64,000 nt of DNA from Eledone cirrhosa (Eukaryota), in assembly GCA_964016885.1 (NCBI GenBank), contig OZ024741.1, forward strand, positions 30,504,001-30,568,000. The letters run 5' to 3'. Numbering within the stretch: position 1 is the stretch's first letter; each line of letters opens with the position of its first letter. Shown in pieces: positions 11,716 to 23,689 of this stretch. A program made the translations under genes and the position numbers. The notes under the pieces were generated by a model, which saw only the letters and a program-made list of their open reading frames with translations, did no database searches and was not told where the DNA came from.

Positions 11716-14700
11716 CTACAGGCGCATGATCAGAGTAGGCCCACTCACGCGGGCCATTCTCGCCACATTCACCCACCTTTCAGTAAATGTACTGGGGGGC
11801 AGCACTTCTCTCTCCACCCTCACCTTCCTTTCCAAGTGAAACTTGAAGAAGTTGATGAGGGATTGGCCGAAGAGAAAAGTGTCTGTCTTCAGTCCTTTCA
11901 ACCTGGTCCACCATGCAACCTCTTTCGCTACTGCCACCAGGCAGAGGAAAATTGCCTGCCCTTCCTGACCAAAAGAAGGCGGCGGGTCAATCTTCACTAT
12001 GGACTCGGACGATAGCCGGATCCGTTCTACACGCGACAATAGCTGTTCGACATAACCCCACAAGTCAGCAATGCACGGACACTGGACGAGTGCGTGCAGA
12101 ACGGTTTCGTCGCTCTGCGCGCATCTCGGGCAGGTTCGTCTGACAGCACTTCCGTGCCTGTAGAGTTTATCCCGAACCGGCAGCGCCCCCCGGTAGCACT
12201 GCCAAGCGAGGGATTTCTGGAAGTTATCCATCGTCCCCGGCTCGAAAGTCCTCCGGAACATACTGGTCAGTTCTACTTCGTTGACGCCCAGAGCCTCTCC
12301 TAGTACGTCATCGCACTTGCCCTCCACTAATCCTCTATAGAAATCTTGAGTGGAAGTTCCACTGACCGCATTGCCCACCTTGCAGAGTGCAGTGAGCGCC
12401 TGGCAACATTCCAGATGCCAGTCGCCCAGTCTCGGTCTCTTCTTGACCCAGGACTGCAGCTCAGTCAAAGAGATGAGCTGCGGAAAGGCCCGTCTAACAA
12501 ACGGCGACCACACCTGTTCACCGTTTAGGCAAAATATCTGGAGATGTCGCAGCCTCAACGCATGTCTGCGCATCATTAGCCACGGCATGCCCAGCCCTCC
12601 ACGAAGAGGGTGCTGGCAGCAGATGGACCGCCTCACCAACGGGACCCGTCCCCTCCACAAAAATTTGAAAAGGAGCCGTTCCAAATTGGCGAGGCGTGGA
12701 CGGGGGCAAGGCACGACGGTCAGGCGGTAGTAGATGACGGACGCGATGTACGCGTTCGCCACCTCCGCCCGCCCTTTCAGTGATAGCTTTCTCTCAGCCC
12801 ATTTCTGGGTGAGGTTGGCTATCCTGCTCGTCACCTCGTCCCAATTCTTATCCACCTGGAGGTCTGGTCCGAACCAAACCCCGAGCAACTTTACCGGTCC
12901 GTCTGTCCAGCGCCCAACGACGCTGTTGGACGGCATGGACTTGCCTCTCCAGGTGCCGAGCTGCAAGCCCACCGACTTTTCCGGGTTAAGTTTTGCTCCC
13001 GTCAACCTTTCATATTCCTCCAAATGGGTGCGGATCACCTCGATTTCCGAGGTGTCCGACACCATCACGGTGATGTCGTCCGCATAAGCGGACGCAGCCT
13101 TTCTACGTCCCGGTTCGAGCGGGATGCCCTGCAACAACTCCAGCTTCCGCAGTAGAGGCTCAAGAGTCAATACGTACAGAAGTGAGGAGAGAGGGCACCC
13201 TTGACGGACCGATCGAGAGATCTGAAACGGTTCCGAGAGGTGGCCATTAACTTTGACCACCGAGCGGATGCCGCTGTACATTGCAGCGATCCAGCTTCTG
13301 AAGACGGGGCCGAAGCCAGCCGCCTCGAGGACAGCCTCCAAGTACCGATGGTCGACCCTATCGAATGCTTTCGATTGATCTAAATTGATCAGAGCCCCAC
13401 CGAAGCCAGGTTTGCACCCAACCCTCTCTATGATGTATCGCATGAGGTGGAGGTTGTCGTGTATGGACCTGGTCGGGATTGCGCAAGTTTGCGCCTCCCC
13501 AACCAAATCTTTGACGACAAGCGCCAACCTTTTCGCTAACACCTTGGCCAAAATCTTAAACTCTGTGTTGAGCAGGGTTATGGGCCTGAAATTATCTAGT
13601 GTGTCCCTCTTGTTCTCGTCTTTCCTTATCAGCGTCACTACGCCACGGCTCACAGAACTGGGAATGCTCCCGTTCTGCTGCCAGTTGCAGTAGAGCGCTT
13701 CGAGGAGATCGGAGAATAAGTCTGGCATATTTACGTAAAGCTCGTAGGGCAGACCATCCAAACCGGGTGACTTGCGACTCGAGCAGCCGACAAGGGCGTC
13801 CTGAATTTCGGCTGATGTTATCGGCTCTTCGCAGCGCTCAGCGTCGGCCGTCGAGAGGCGTGGCAAGCCGTCGAGGTAGGGACTGAAGTCCGCCGCCGTC
13901 TCCGACTCACCCATCCTCCCGAACAATCGAGCAAAGTGCTGGCGAAAGGCCTCACACATCTGCTTGGAATCGCTCAGTTCGTGTCCATCTCGATCCGTCA
14001 AAGACCGAATTGTGGTTTTATTTCCACGCTGCGTCTCTGCAAAGCGAGCCCATCGGGCAGCTTTGGTTCCCTCGTTCCTCAGAGCACGCGCCTTAGCTCT
14101 GACAATGCAACCTTCGTGTTTCGCATTGAAGAAATGGTCTAGTGCCATTCTCGCCGCTAGCACGTCTGTTGCAATGCCACTACAAATAGCCTCGTCTAAC
14201 TTAGCTATCAGCCCCTCCTCCTTTCTATTTTTCTCTATTGCTACTTCTTTGCTAAATCCTATCGAGGTTGCTCTAATCTCTCTTTTGAGTGCCCCCCACC
14301 ACCTGTTGTTGACAACCCCCCCTGTCAACTTTTGCTTAACTAAGTTGTTGACCCGGTCCCTGTAAGCTTTACGTGCCGGAAACGACATGTTTAGCTTCCA
14401 GTAGCTAGGTCCTAACCTACGTGTCTTATCTAGGTCGACCATACAGATCACAAGCTTGTGATCTGAATAGGCAACCGTTTTAAAATGTGGACATCCTACA
14501 CTATTTCTATCTCTTTTCCTAATGAAAATCCTATCTATGTACGATCTAGATGACCCTATGCGATTGGTCCAGGTCCATACTGGCGCATTAGGGAAATCTA
14601 GTCGGTACCTGTCAGACAGTTGAAACTGGCTGATCAGGTACTTGAGGCTTTTGCACCCCCCGCTCCTATCAGATACTCCCACACAATCCCAGCGTGCTTC

Positions 14701-15135
14701 TAAGATGCCATTCCAATCCCCTATTAACAGTAAAGGGCGAGACGTAAGCAGAAAGTTTTCCAGGCGCCTAAAGAAGTCCGGCCGACCGGCCCCAGTAGGG
14801 GCGTAGACGGCCACCAGTCTAAAGGCACCACCTTCGCTATTGCTCACGTCCAGGACCACCAACTTTCCGTCAGGATCCCGGAAGATTGACCTTACCTCGA
14901 GATCCAGACATTTCCTAAACAGCACAGCCACTCCACCTCCCATTCCCGGCCGACTAACAGATGCAAAGATCTGATAATCATCGAAAATCGGCGCCAGTGC
15001 GCGTGTGTCGGAAATTCTGGTCTCGCTGATGGCAATTACATCCATTCCTAGTGACCTGAGGTCGTTGAGCAAGTGACCTTGCTTCCAGGGCGACCCCAGG
15101 CCACGAACATTTAAACTTCCTACTCTTATGGCCAT
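11716..15135 (-). CDS. LINE ORF2: APE endonuclease, reverse transcriptase and C-terminal Cys motif (1139 aa)
   Basis: SLNVRGL, ISET, VYAP, GDWN, SYIDRIF, YSDH (APE); KSPGLDG, FRPITLLN, DQSKAFDRV, RQGCPLS, YADD (RT); CPRC...ETVLHAL. Confidence 0.95.
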   Translation of the reverse strand: MAIRVGSLNVRGLGSPWKQGHLLNDLRSLGMDVIAISETRISDTRALAPIFDDYQIFASVSRPGMGGGVAVLFRKCLDLEVRSIFRDPDGKLVVLDVSNSEGGAFRLVAVYAPTGAGRPDFFRRLENFLLTSRPLLLIGDWNGILEARWDCVGVSDRSGGCKSLKYLISQFQLSDRYRLDFPNAPVWTWTNRIGSSRSYIDRIFIRKRDRNSVGCPHFKTVAYSDHKLVICMVDLDKTRRLGPSYWKLNMSFPARKAYRDRVNNLVKQKLTGGVVNNRWWGALKREIRATSIGFSKEVAIEKNRKEEGLIAKLDEAICSGIATDVLAARMALDHFFNAKHEGCIVRAKARALRNEGTKAARWARFAETQRGNKTTIRSLTDRDGHELSDSKQMCEAFRQHFARLFGRMGESETAADFSPYLDGLPRLSTADAERCEEPITSAEIQDALVGCSSRKSPGLDGLPYELYVNMPDLFSDLLEALYCNWQQNGSIPSSVSRGVVTLIRKDENKRDTLDNFRPITLLNTEFKILAKVLAKRLALVVKDLVGEAQTCAIPTRSIHDNLHLMRYIIERVGCKPGFGGALINLDQSKAFDRVDHRYLEAVLEAAGFGPVFRSWIAAMYSGIRSVVKVNGHLSEPFQISRSVRQGCPLSSLLYVLTLEPLLRKLELLQGIPLEPGRRKAASAYADDITVMVSDTSEIEVIRTHLEEYERLTGAKLNPEKSVGLQLGTWRGKSMPSNSVVGRWTDGPVKLLGVWFGPDLQVDKNWDEVTSRIANLTQKWAERKLSLKGRAEVANAYIASVIYYRLTVVPCPRPRLANLERLLFKFLWRGRVPLVRRSICCQHPLRGGLGMPWLMMRRHALRLRHLQIFCLNGEQVWSPFVRRAFPQLISLTELQSWVKKRPRLGDWHLECCQALTALCKVGNAVSGTSTQDFYRGLVEGKCDDVLGEALGVNEVELTSMFRRTFEPGTMDNFQKSLAWQCYRGALPVRDKLYRHGSAVRRTCPRCAQSDETVLHALVQCPCIADLWGYVEQLLSRVERIRLSSESIVKIDPPPSFGQEGQAIFLCLVAVAKEVAWWTRLKGLKTDTFLFGQSLINFFKFHLERKVRVEREVLPPSTFTERWVNVARMARVSGPTLIMRL

Positions 15136-15164
15136 GCTGGCAGGATGAATGGGAGAGGAAAGGT

Positions 15165-17075
15165 TTACTTACCTTCCGGGGTCTTGTGAAGGTCGGGTGG
15201 TTCGACCTCCATGGTTTGTGGGGTTTCTTTTGGGAACCCCTTTAATAGTCTTGACGTGGGTTTTACGTTCGGGGTTCCCACATCCCGAGGAAAGCTCTTT
15301 CGAATTTCTTTGTATGAAGCGAGCGACATTCGCATCAGAAGCAAATTATCTGGTACGCGAAATGTGCTCGCTTCAAATGTTTCCCCGTCTTTTTCGATGT
15401 TTGTGCTTCGTGCTACATGGGCCATCAATTCCTTGTTGGCCCTTCTGGCAAGCACGAAGTTTTTAATGTTTTGTTGCTCGGGTTTTATTTGTTCGTGTGA
15501 TTGTGGTGGTGATAGCTTTGTTAGTGTTGTTTCTATTGTGTCTGCGTTTGTTGTGGGTGGGGTGTCTGTAGTTTCTGATGTTTGTGTGTCTATTTGTTCT
15601 TGTGTCTGTTTAGCTTGTTTGCGTTTGGGGGATTTTGGTGGTTGTGTTGGTGATGTTGTGGGGAAAATGTTTGTGTGGGTGGTGTGTGTATTTTTTTTTG
15701 TGGGGGTGTTTGTGCTTTGTGGATTTCTTTTTTTTTTGTGTTTTGTTTTTTGTATTTTGGGGGACTTTGGTTTTCCCTCATCTTCACTGCTGGAGGATGA
15801 GGGGTCTGTGGCTGTGAGCGTGTTTGTGTCTGAGTGAGTGTTTATGTTCTTGTTCGTGTGTGTATTTTGGGGGGGAGGGGGAATGGGAGAGCTTTCCTCG
15901 TTTCCCCCCTGGGTGTGCAATTTTGGTGGTTCCATTGTTGACGGTGTTGCTGGTGGTCCTTGTCCCGGCGTCGCCAGCAGTGGAATCTTTCGACCCCTTG
16001 CGCTTTTCGGCAGTTGAGGGCAGAAGGCTCGCAAGTGTGTCGTTTCCCCACAAAGGAAACAATGCGGCCTTTTGCCCTCAGTCATTATATGCAACACCCT
16101 CCCGTTTTGGAGGCGGATGTGGTCCGGGATTGTTTTTACGTTTTCGGGTCTGATTTGGAGCAGTATCTCCAGATCAACCCCGGACCAGTCGTCCCTGGCA
16201 GTTCTCGTTGCCTCTACCGGGACTGTATCCGTTCCTTCCACGATTACGCAACCCAGGAGCCACCACATATCAAGTCCTGGTGGAATCCTGGGAATGCGCA
16301 CACGTGCTATTCGTTTTCCCATGTGGGAGGGGTACATTATGACCTTGCTGGTTTTGCAAGGGGTCATTGAATGCTTCACAGCGAGGGCTTCAGACTTGAA
16401 CAGCACCGAAACGGTGCCGTATTGCCTGCCCCTCTCTATGAAGTCTGTGTCCTCTCTGATGTATTTCAGTGCGGCTTCTATGTCAGCTTGGGCGATTATC
16501 GCTGCCCTCTTTGTCTCTACTGAGATGCATCTGAAATGCACCGTTCTTTTTTCCACTGCCTCAATGGCTTCTGCCGGGACAGTTAAGTTTGCCCAGGTCT
16601 GCTCTTGATTTATGATTTTCCAGGCCTGGGCCAACTTTTCCTCTCTGTTGGTTAAGTCGATGCTGTAGCATGGTCTCCTTTTAGCCGCTGCCACAGCAGC
16701 GAAAGTGTTCTTGTTGGTGTTGTCACTGTTGTTGTTCTTGTTGGTGTTGCTGCTGCTATTGCTGTTGTTGTTCTCCCCTGTGTCGTAGTTACCTTCTGTG
16801 CTGTTGGCCTTGTTGGTGCTGCTGCTGTCGCTACTATTACTCTCTGTGCTGTTCGTTTTGTTGGTGCTCTCGCTATTACCACCTTCTGCGCTGTTCGGCT
16901 TGTTGGTGTTGGTGTTGTCGCTGTTACCACCTTCCGCGCCGCTCGGCCCGTTGGTGCTGGCACTGTCGCTGCTCACATTCGTGCTGGTGGCGCTCCTCGC
17001 CTCACCTCTCCTCTCAACGCTCAAGTCGCCGTTGCACGACAGCAGACCCGCCTCTAGGGGGCGTGGCTCCGCCAT
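15165..17075 (-). CDS. LINE ORF1 with CCHC zinc knuckle (636 aa)
   Basis: CFLCGETTHLRAFC; S/N/T-rich N-terminal repeats; P/T/K-rich region; lies directly upstream of ORF2. Confidence 0.9.
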   Translation of the reverse strand: MAEPRPLEAGLLSCNGDLSVERRGEARSATSTNVSSDSASTNGPSGAEGGNSDNTNTNKPNSAEGGNSESTNKTNSTESNSSDSSSTNKANSTEGNYDTGENNNSNSSSNTNKNNNSDNTNKNTFAAVAAAKRRPCYSIDLTNREEKLAQAWKIINQEQTWANLTVPAEAIEAVEKRTVHFRCISVETKRAAIIAQADIEAALKYIREDTDFIERGRQYGTVSVLFKSEALAVKHSMTPCKTSKVIMYPSHMGKRIARVRIPRIPPGLDMWWLLGCVIVEGTDTVPVEATRTARDDWSGVDLEILLQIRPENVKTIPDHIRLQNGRVLHIMTEGKRPHCFLCGETTHLRAFCPQLPKSARGRKIPLLATPGQGPPATPSTMEPPKLHTQGGNEESSPIPPPPQNTHTNKNINTHSDTNTLTATDPSSSSSEDEGKPKSPKIQKTKHKKKRNPQSTNTPTKKNTHTTHTNIFPTTSPTQPPKSPKRKQAKQTQEQIDTQTSETTDTPPTTNADTIETTLTKLSPPQSHEQIKPEQQNIKNFVLARRANKELMAHVARSTNIEKDGETFEASTFRVPDNLLLMRMSLASYKEIRKSFPRDVGTPNVKPTSRLLKGFPKETPQTMEVEPPDLHKTPEGK

Positions 17076-17283
17076 GTTTTTTTGAGAAAAAAATTATTTT
17101 TTTTTCAAAATAAAGTTCAAATATTTGGGCCAAAAGGCCCAAATATTATGAGTTATTCCTTCACAGGATACAAATTAATGTCTTATAATGCTTCAGCGGT
17201 ACAAAAAATAAACAATTCTCTACAATTAATCCTCAAAAAATTGCTTACTCACGGAGCTTCAAAAAACGTACATCCACTTTCGT

Positions 17284-17503
17284 CAATAATAATAATAATA
17301 ACAACAATAACAAGAACAATAACAATAATATCAACAACAACAATAATAATATCAACAACAATACAACAATAAAATAAATAACAATAATAATAAGACGACG
17401 GCGACGTAGAAGATTAAGAAGAAGAAGAAGAAGAAGAATAAGAAGAAGAAGAAGAAGAAAAAAAAAGAAGAAGAAGAAGAAGAAGAAGAAGAAGAAGAAG
17501 AAG

Positions 17504-17535
<32 letters not shown>

Positions 17536-17540
17536 GAAGA
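17284..17540. repeat. (AAT/AAC)n and (GAA)n microsatellites
   Basis: Directly visible. Confidence 0.95.
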
Positions 17541-17761
17541 TGAAGGGGTGGGAGGAAGCAGTGGGTGGAGAATTAATGGTGAAAAAATAGTATAAGATAT
17601 CAGTGGAAAGATCGTAGGAATGACTGAAAGAGAGTTGAGATATGTAATTTACGGTGGATTGTTAAGCGGGAATAGAATATTCTAGATTATGTGAATAGCA
17701 ATGAAATGTGTGAGTATAATGACACACATACATATGCACATACACTCAGAGACACACACAC

Positions 17762-17808
<47 letters not shown>

Positions 17809-17858
17809 TATATCAATATATAACTATATATGTATATAACGATATATATAACTATATA

Positions 17859-17926
<68 letters not shown>

Positions 17927-17929
<3 letters not shown>

Positions 17930-18116
17930 CGAAGGAAATGTGGTAAGGAACAAGGTGGACCATAACGCACCAAAGTACTCAATACTTAGGGTAGTAGAGT
18001 GGGCAATAGGAACGAGTAGGGCCCCGACGCCTGAGCTCAAGCCGTTTCGACGGCTAATTCTGGACTGAATTAGCCGTCGAAACGGCTTGAGCTCAGCCGT
18101 CGGGGTCCTACTCGTT

Positions 18117-18120
<4 letters not shown>
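17927..18120. mobile_element. Family A mini fold-back
   Basis: Tail 17927-18006; palindrome 18007-18120 turning at ~18066; (TA)n on both sides. Confidence 0.88.
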
Positions 18121-18179
<59 letters not shown>

Positions 18180-18436
18180 TATTTTCCGTAGTGTTGTAAA
18201 ATGAATGTTACACAGTAGATGGACAGCTCACGTAGAGTTTGCTCGACGGTACCAGTTGTAGTTTCAAAAGTAATCCGGAGAAAATAGAAGGATTTAAATG
18301 GATACAGTTCAGTTATCTATCCATTATTAGTGTGGTAATTTAAGGTTATTAATATACATATATATGTTGAGAAGAGATTGTTTTTATATTTTTCTAACTA
18401 GATTGAGGTTTATATAGTTGGGGGGATGTCCCTCTT

Positions 18437-19372
18437 TTATGTAATATTCAGCTTGTAGCGGGAAAAAAGGGTTTTAGTTCGGTGACGGCAGAATAATATT
18501 CGTTCAATTCTGTTATTAAGCAATTTCTTCTTGTGTGTGATTATGTAATAAATCTCAAGATTACACAATTTGCAGAAATGTTGGCTCCTGGAAAAGCTTT
18601 GGGTTTTAGCTAATTTCTCCCATTTTAGGGTAAACTTTTGATCACTATCCCTGAGCGTCCAAGCTTTTTCTGCTAAATTTGTTACATTTCTTTGGCTCTG
18701 GTGTTTTATTGAGTAAGAATGCCTATATAATCGAGATTTAAACGATGTTGCCGTTGATCCCACGTAATACCATTCGTTGCCTCCGGATTTAATGGTACAC
18801 TTATAAATGATATTTTTTTCCAGGCAGTTATTGCCGAGGGAGCAGTTGTCAGGATAGGTGCAGTTACAGTTGTGTACGTTGGGTTTTCTCTGGAGTAGTA
18901 TTGCGGACGAACTTAGGTGTGGTTTATTTATGTTCTGTAGTGTATTGTCTACTGTTTTATGTGTGTTCTTTGTACATAAGTTTTTAGTGTTTTCGTTTAA
19001 ACTTCTAGTATTGATCTTTTCTATGTGTTGTTCAAGGTTTAACGCTGTAGAGTATGACAGTCTTATACTGGTAGGGTTTAGGATTTTGTGGTATTTGTGT
19101 GATGTAGGAAAATGTCTCTTAATTATTTTAAAGAAGCGTACTGGTAAATTTGTACTAATGGAACTATTGTATTCGGGGTTATAACATAAGTACTCTTTGC
19201 ATCGCTTTCTATTAGTTTTGTTTGTTGGTTTATTGGTGTGTATACTATGGTAGTAAGTGTGGTTTGGTGTTGTGTTATTATATCTACCTATGTGGGATTT
19301 ATTTTGGGTGTTTTGATTGTACTCATCTATATACTCTATTTTGTTGAGGTAGCCTGCTTTACTAAGGGCCAA
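18437..19372 (-). pseudogene. PLE C-terminal fragment with CNC..C..C linker and GIY-YIG domain
   Basis: YNPEYNSSISTN...IRLSYS...CNCTYPDNCSLGNNCLEKNIIYKC...YYVGSTATSFKSRLYRH...CKLCNLE...CRHR; no RT core. Confidence 0.85.
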
Positions 19373-19477
19373 AAATTCTCACTGCTATCAAAAAACCACT
19401 CCCTTAACTATTCTTCTAACAACTTCACCCCTCCCTCCTAATATTCTCTATAAAAACCAAACAGGTTCTCAATAAAA

Positions 19478-19598
19478 TTATTCTGATGAAATGACAGTAG
19501 ATAATAACATTGAAATATTGAATGTCTGCATAACTAATACTTTGTAGATAGCAGCTGTTTTCAGGTAATGTAACTGTTATTGAAACACGTGTCAATAA
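19478..19598 (+). ncRNA. Type I hammerhead motif with long stem II insertion
   Basis: UUAUU CUGAUGA AAUGACAGU...ACUGUUAUU GAAA CACGUG UC AAUAA; palindromic stem III, GUC site at 19593. Confidence 0.8.
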
Positions 19599-19630
19599 AT
19601 TCCTTTTAACTGAACTGTATCCATTTAAAT

Positions 19631-19701
<71 letters not shown>

Positions 19702-19704
<3 letters not shown>

Positions 19705-22196
19705 AGGTGTATTATTGGTTGTGCAAAACGGTCCAATACATTTTTGTTAGCAATATTAAGTTCTCCACGCTTTAGTATATCTCCAATTCCATTCAAGGGA
19801 ACAGCTAGATGATGTAAAACGGAGTATTAGTATCAAAATGAAAATCCGAAGGCAAGGTAAAATTTCCAATCATTTTAATCACGACACATGTTTCAATAAG
19901 AGATATATCGATCGTGAAGCCATGATCAATTATTACTGATCTCATCAGGTTAAAATGAATTGTCTTCAAATTCTTGATATGAGGGAGAAAATTAGCAATG
20001 TTCACTCACAAAGCTCATTCCCTCATATGAAAATAAAGCAGTCAAAATGCGGCGACTGCTATCAACTTCAGTTAAGGTCATAAAACAATCAAATTTCTAT
20101 ATCCCTATAGATGCAAAAGACGCTGGACATCAATCAAATCTGTAGAAATACAGTCGGTCACAGTTAATGTGAGTGGGTACACACACACTTAACTCCCACA
20201 CACAGCGACTCGAAGTCAAAGAAAAAAAAAAAAAATATATACACACATCAACACAGTATCAAATCTGTAGAACTATAGACGGTCACAATTAGTGTGAGTG
20301 GGTACACACACCGAAGCGATATCAAAGAAAACACAATAAATATAAGAATATACCAACATAGCATTCCCCGAAAGGTTAGTTTACAAAATAACAATTGGTT
20401 AAATCTAAACTTGACGATGCCAATTTGAAATATTGGGTCAACCACGGCCCCATACACGCACACTCACAATCAAGTAAATTAAGTTCAGTGTTCTGCTATA
20501 CGTGTATAGATTGAATTGTAACATAGTACCGCGCTTTCTGAATTAGTCTGGAGGCTTAAACAACAGAATATAGAGCACTCCTTATCCTGGTCCATAGTGT
20601 GCTCAGCCCAACCTTACAACGGTGGCACTGGCGTCTGTAATTTGTGCATAGCTGAAACCTTTAATATTATTTGAGGCGGCCCCCTATTAATTAATAGGAG
20701 AGCGCATTCTTTTCACTAACTGCCAACATAGAATCTCGAAAACCTACCGCAGGACTTTTGGAAAGTAACCCACCAATAACTCCTCCCTCTTTACTTTAGC
20801 CATAGAGTTCTCTCAATAAGCAGACAGTCATACACTAAGGTAATTAGACGGCTAATATCGTTTGCGCACTTACAAACGGTACTCGGCCTGTTTCCACAAA
20901 GTTCTCACATCTGAGTGCCTTTTAGAATACCTAGTTAGTAAATAGTTAGAATGATTACATACTCAGAATACCTAGTTAGTAAATGTTTACACACTCAGAC
21001 AAAACCGATTTACCTTTACTTTAAGATACCCTAACCGTTGAGTTTTCTCGGTTGGGATATAGCTAGACTTATTGCACATTCAGTTAAGACCGTTTACGCT
21101 CTCTATACATAACTCTACACACAGTACCCGTTTTCTTTAGACATTGAGTTCTCACAGTTACGACCGGCCACGTTCCTACTCTTGGTTTTGATCATCTAAC
21201 CATGGAGTGCTCACAGTTACGGATTGAAAAATGATACTTACACACCACTAATGGGCCTACACACATCCTCTAGGCTTTGCTATCCTTTGTTATTTTATTT
21301 TACCTTTTGTGTTGGATAACACACCTCCACCACTCAAACACATATCTTAATAGCCCAAGGGCCCATTTGACCAGAAATCGCACTTACTGACACCTTAACC
21401 CAAATACTCAACCCTAGACAGAGCCCCTTGCTGGCCTACATAGCGGTTGCTTGCACGCACAGATTTGGGGACTCGGATATACCATAACATACACTATTTG
21501 GAGATACGGATGTTACCATTCAATCAATACACGTATAACAGAACACTGAACTGAATTTACTTGCTTGTGTGTGTTGGGGGGGGGGGGGCTGTGGTCAACC
21601 CAATATTTCCAATTTGCATCGACACATTGAGATTTTACCAATGTAGCATTTGTTGTTTTATAAACTAACTTTTCGGTGAATGGTATATTCTTATATTTAT
21701 TGTTTTTTCGTTGGCATCGCTTCGGTGTGTGTACCCACTCACACTAATTGTGACCGTCTACAGTTCTACAGATTTGATACTGTGTTCATGTGTGTATATA
21801 TTTATATATATTTTTTTCTTTGACATCGAGTCGCTGTGTGTGGGTGTTAAGTGTTTGTGTACCCACTCACACTAACTGTGACCGACTGTATTTCTACAGA
21901 TTTGATTGATGTCCAGCGTCTTTTGCAGCTATTGGGATATAGAAATTTGATTGTTTTATGACCTTAACTGAAGTTGATAGCAGTCGCCGCATTTTGACTG
22001 CTTTATTTTCATATGAGGGAATGAACTCGGTGAGTGAACATTGCTAATTTTCTCCCTCATATCAAGAATTTGAAGACAATTCATTTTAAACTGATGAGAT
22101 CAGTGATAATTGATCATGGCGTCACGATCGATATATCTCTTATTGAAACATGTGTCGTGATTAAAATGATTGGAAATTTTACATCGCCTTCGGATT
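19702..22196. mobile_element. Large inverted-repeat element (putative PLE fold-back)
   Basis: Arms 19843-20524 and 21510-22196, ~1-kb spacer, extra segment 19702-19842 next to (TA)n; HHR-like ctgatga...gaaacatgtgtc in each arm (22091-22156 on +). Confidence 0.8.
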
Positions 22197-22273
22197 AAAA
22201 GCTTATTCTTCAAAGCTATAGTTTATATTTAGAGTCTAAATATAAACTATAGCTTTGAAGAATTAGCTTTTAA
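22196..22273. repeat. Near-perfect ~37-bp-arm hairpin
   Basis: taaaagcttattcttcaaagctatagtttatatttaga-g-tctaaatataaactatagctttgaagaattagctttta. Confidence 0.85.
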
Positions 22274-23509
22274 TGAATTCCCTTTTCTATCAAGCAATGA
22301 CATCTACCCATCCCAATCCCTACCCTCTCCTACCACCCGAAGAGTCCTATACATACCATAATTATTTTTTGATACCCAGATTCCTGATTGTTTCTAAAGA
22401 ATGAAACAGATCTAGTCCTGTAGAATCTCATCTATATTAACACTTTTATACTCTGCAATGTATTGAGTACCTTACTTACTGTGGTTACCTCCGATTCAAC
22501 CCGGAATAACGTATATATATATATAATGTAGGAGGTGAGTAATATTGTAGAACAATAAAACTATGCATATATCAGATAAGTAGCACTCAACAATTGATTG
22601 AACTGGAGTATATATAAAGAAGAAATTAAAAGATGGTTAAAACATTGTAGAATCTAATTAAATGATTAATACATGATTAATACATTCTAGAATATAATGA
22701 ATTGTGTGTGAAAAGATATATGGGTAGAAAATATATATGTGTAGAAAAACGTCCTTAAAAGACAAAAATATTAATTACGAAATATCTTGGCGTAAAATTT
22801 GCAACACTTTTCCTTACTCCAATGCTTCCATATCTAGAGTTTGTAATTTATGTCTAGCTGAAAAATTTACCATTATCTCGAATTTCAACTCTTTAATAAA
22901 TAGTCGTTCAGAATTATTTGCTCTCTGTGATCTTTTAAGACCTTTCAGAATGTTTACAGCTAATGTCCTATAACATATTCCTACGAATAACGGTTAATTT
23001 TTTTACACATATATATTTTCTACACATATATCTTTGCACACATTTTTTCTCACACATTTCATTATATTCTACAATGTATTAATCCACTTTTCTCTGCATT
23101 TTTAAGCATTTCACCTTCTGTCTTTATTGCCTTAATTTTTCGTTCAAACCTTCGTAGATTTTGTAAACAAACTATGACGTCACATGTGTTTCTACGTTTA
23201 TAAACTTTTCTAGCAATTTCCTTTATTTACTTGTTGATATAAAATAATAATTAAATACTATACCTCACATATATAAATTTTTAATAGTCATTTTTAATGT
23301 TGACATAGATAGACCATTCTTATTTTTATTTTTTATTCTATTCTATCTTATTTCATTTTATTTTATTTTATTTTATTTAAAAACCCTTTTTTTTATAATT
23401 ATAATTACTTTTAATTTAATTTAATTTAGTTTTATTTAATTTAATTTCATTTTATTAATACATTTTTACACTTCTTAATCCAATTTTTAGTATTCAAAAT
23501 CATTATAAA

Positions 23510-23689
23510 ATAATTGTTTCTACTTTAGGCACAAGGCCAGCAATTACCCAGTGCATTACTGGTACTTTATTTTATCGACCCTGTAAGGATGAAAGGCAAA
23601 GTCAACCTCGGCGGGATTTGAACTCAGACTGTAAAGGGACGTAACTATGTTGGAAAGCATGGCGTCCGACCCTCTACCGATACTGCCAA
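23510..23689 (-). mobile_element. SINE family 1
   Basis: Reverse complement of the 6174-6366 consensus; candidate TSD ataaaataat. Confidence 0.85.

Larger units (their letters stand above)
11457..17283 (-). mobile_element. Full-length, apparently intact L1/Tx1-clade LINE
   Basis: 5' UTR, ORF1, 29-nt spacer, ORF2, 3' UTR with AATAAA; flanked by candidate TSD CAATAATAATAATAAT (11441-11456, 17284-17299). Confidence 0.92.

Noticed and set aside
11913-16608. Plus-strand ORFs overlapping the LINE
   Set aside because: Antisense shadow ORFs of GC-rich coding sequence.
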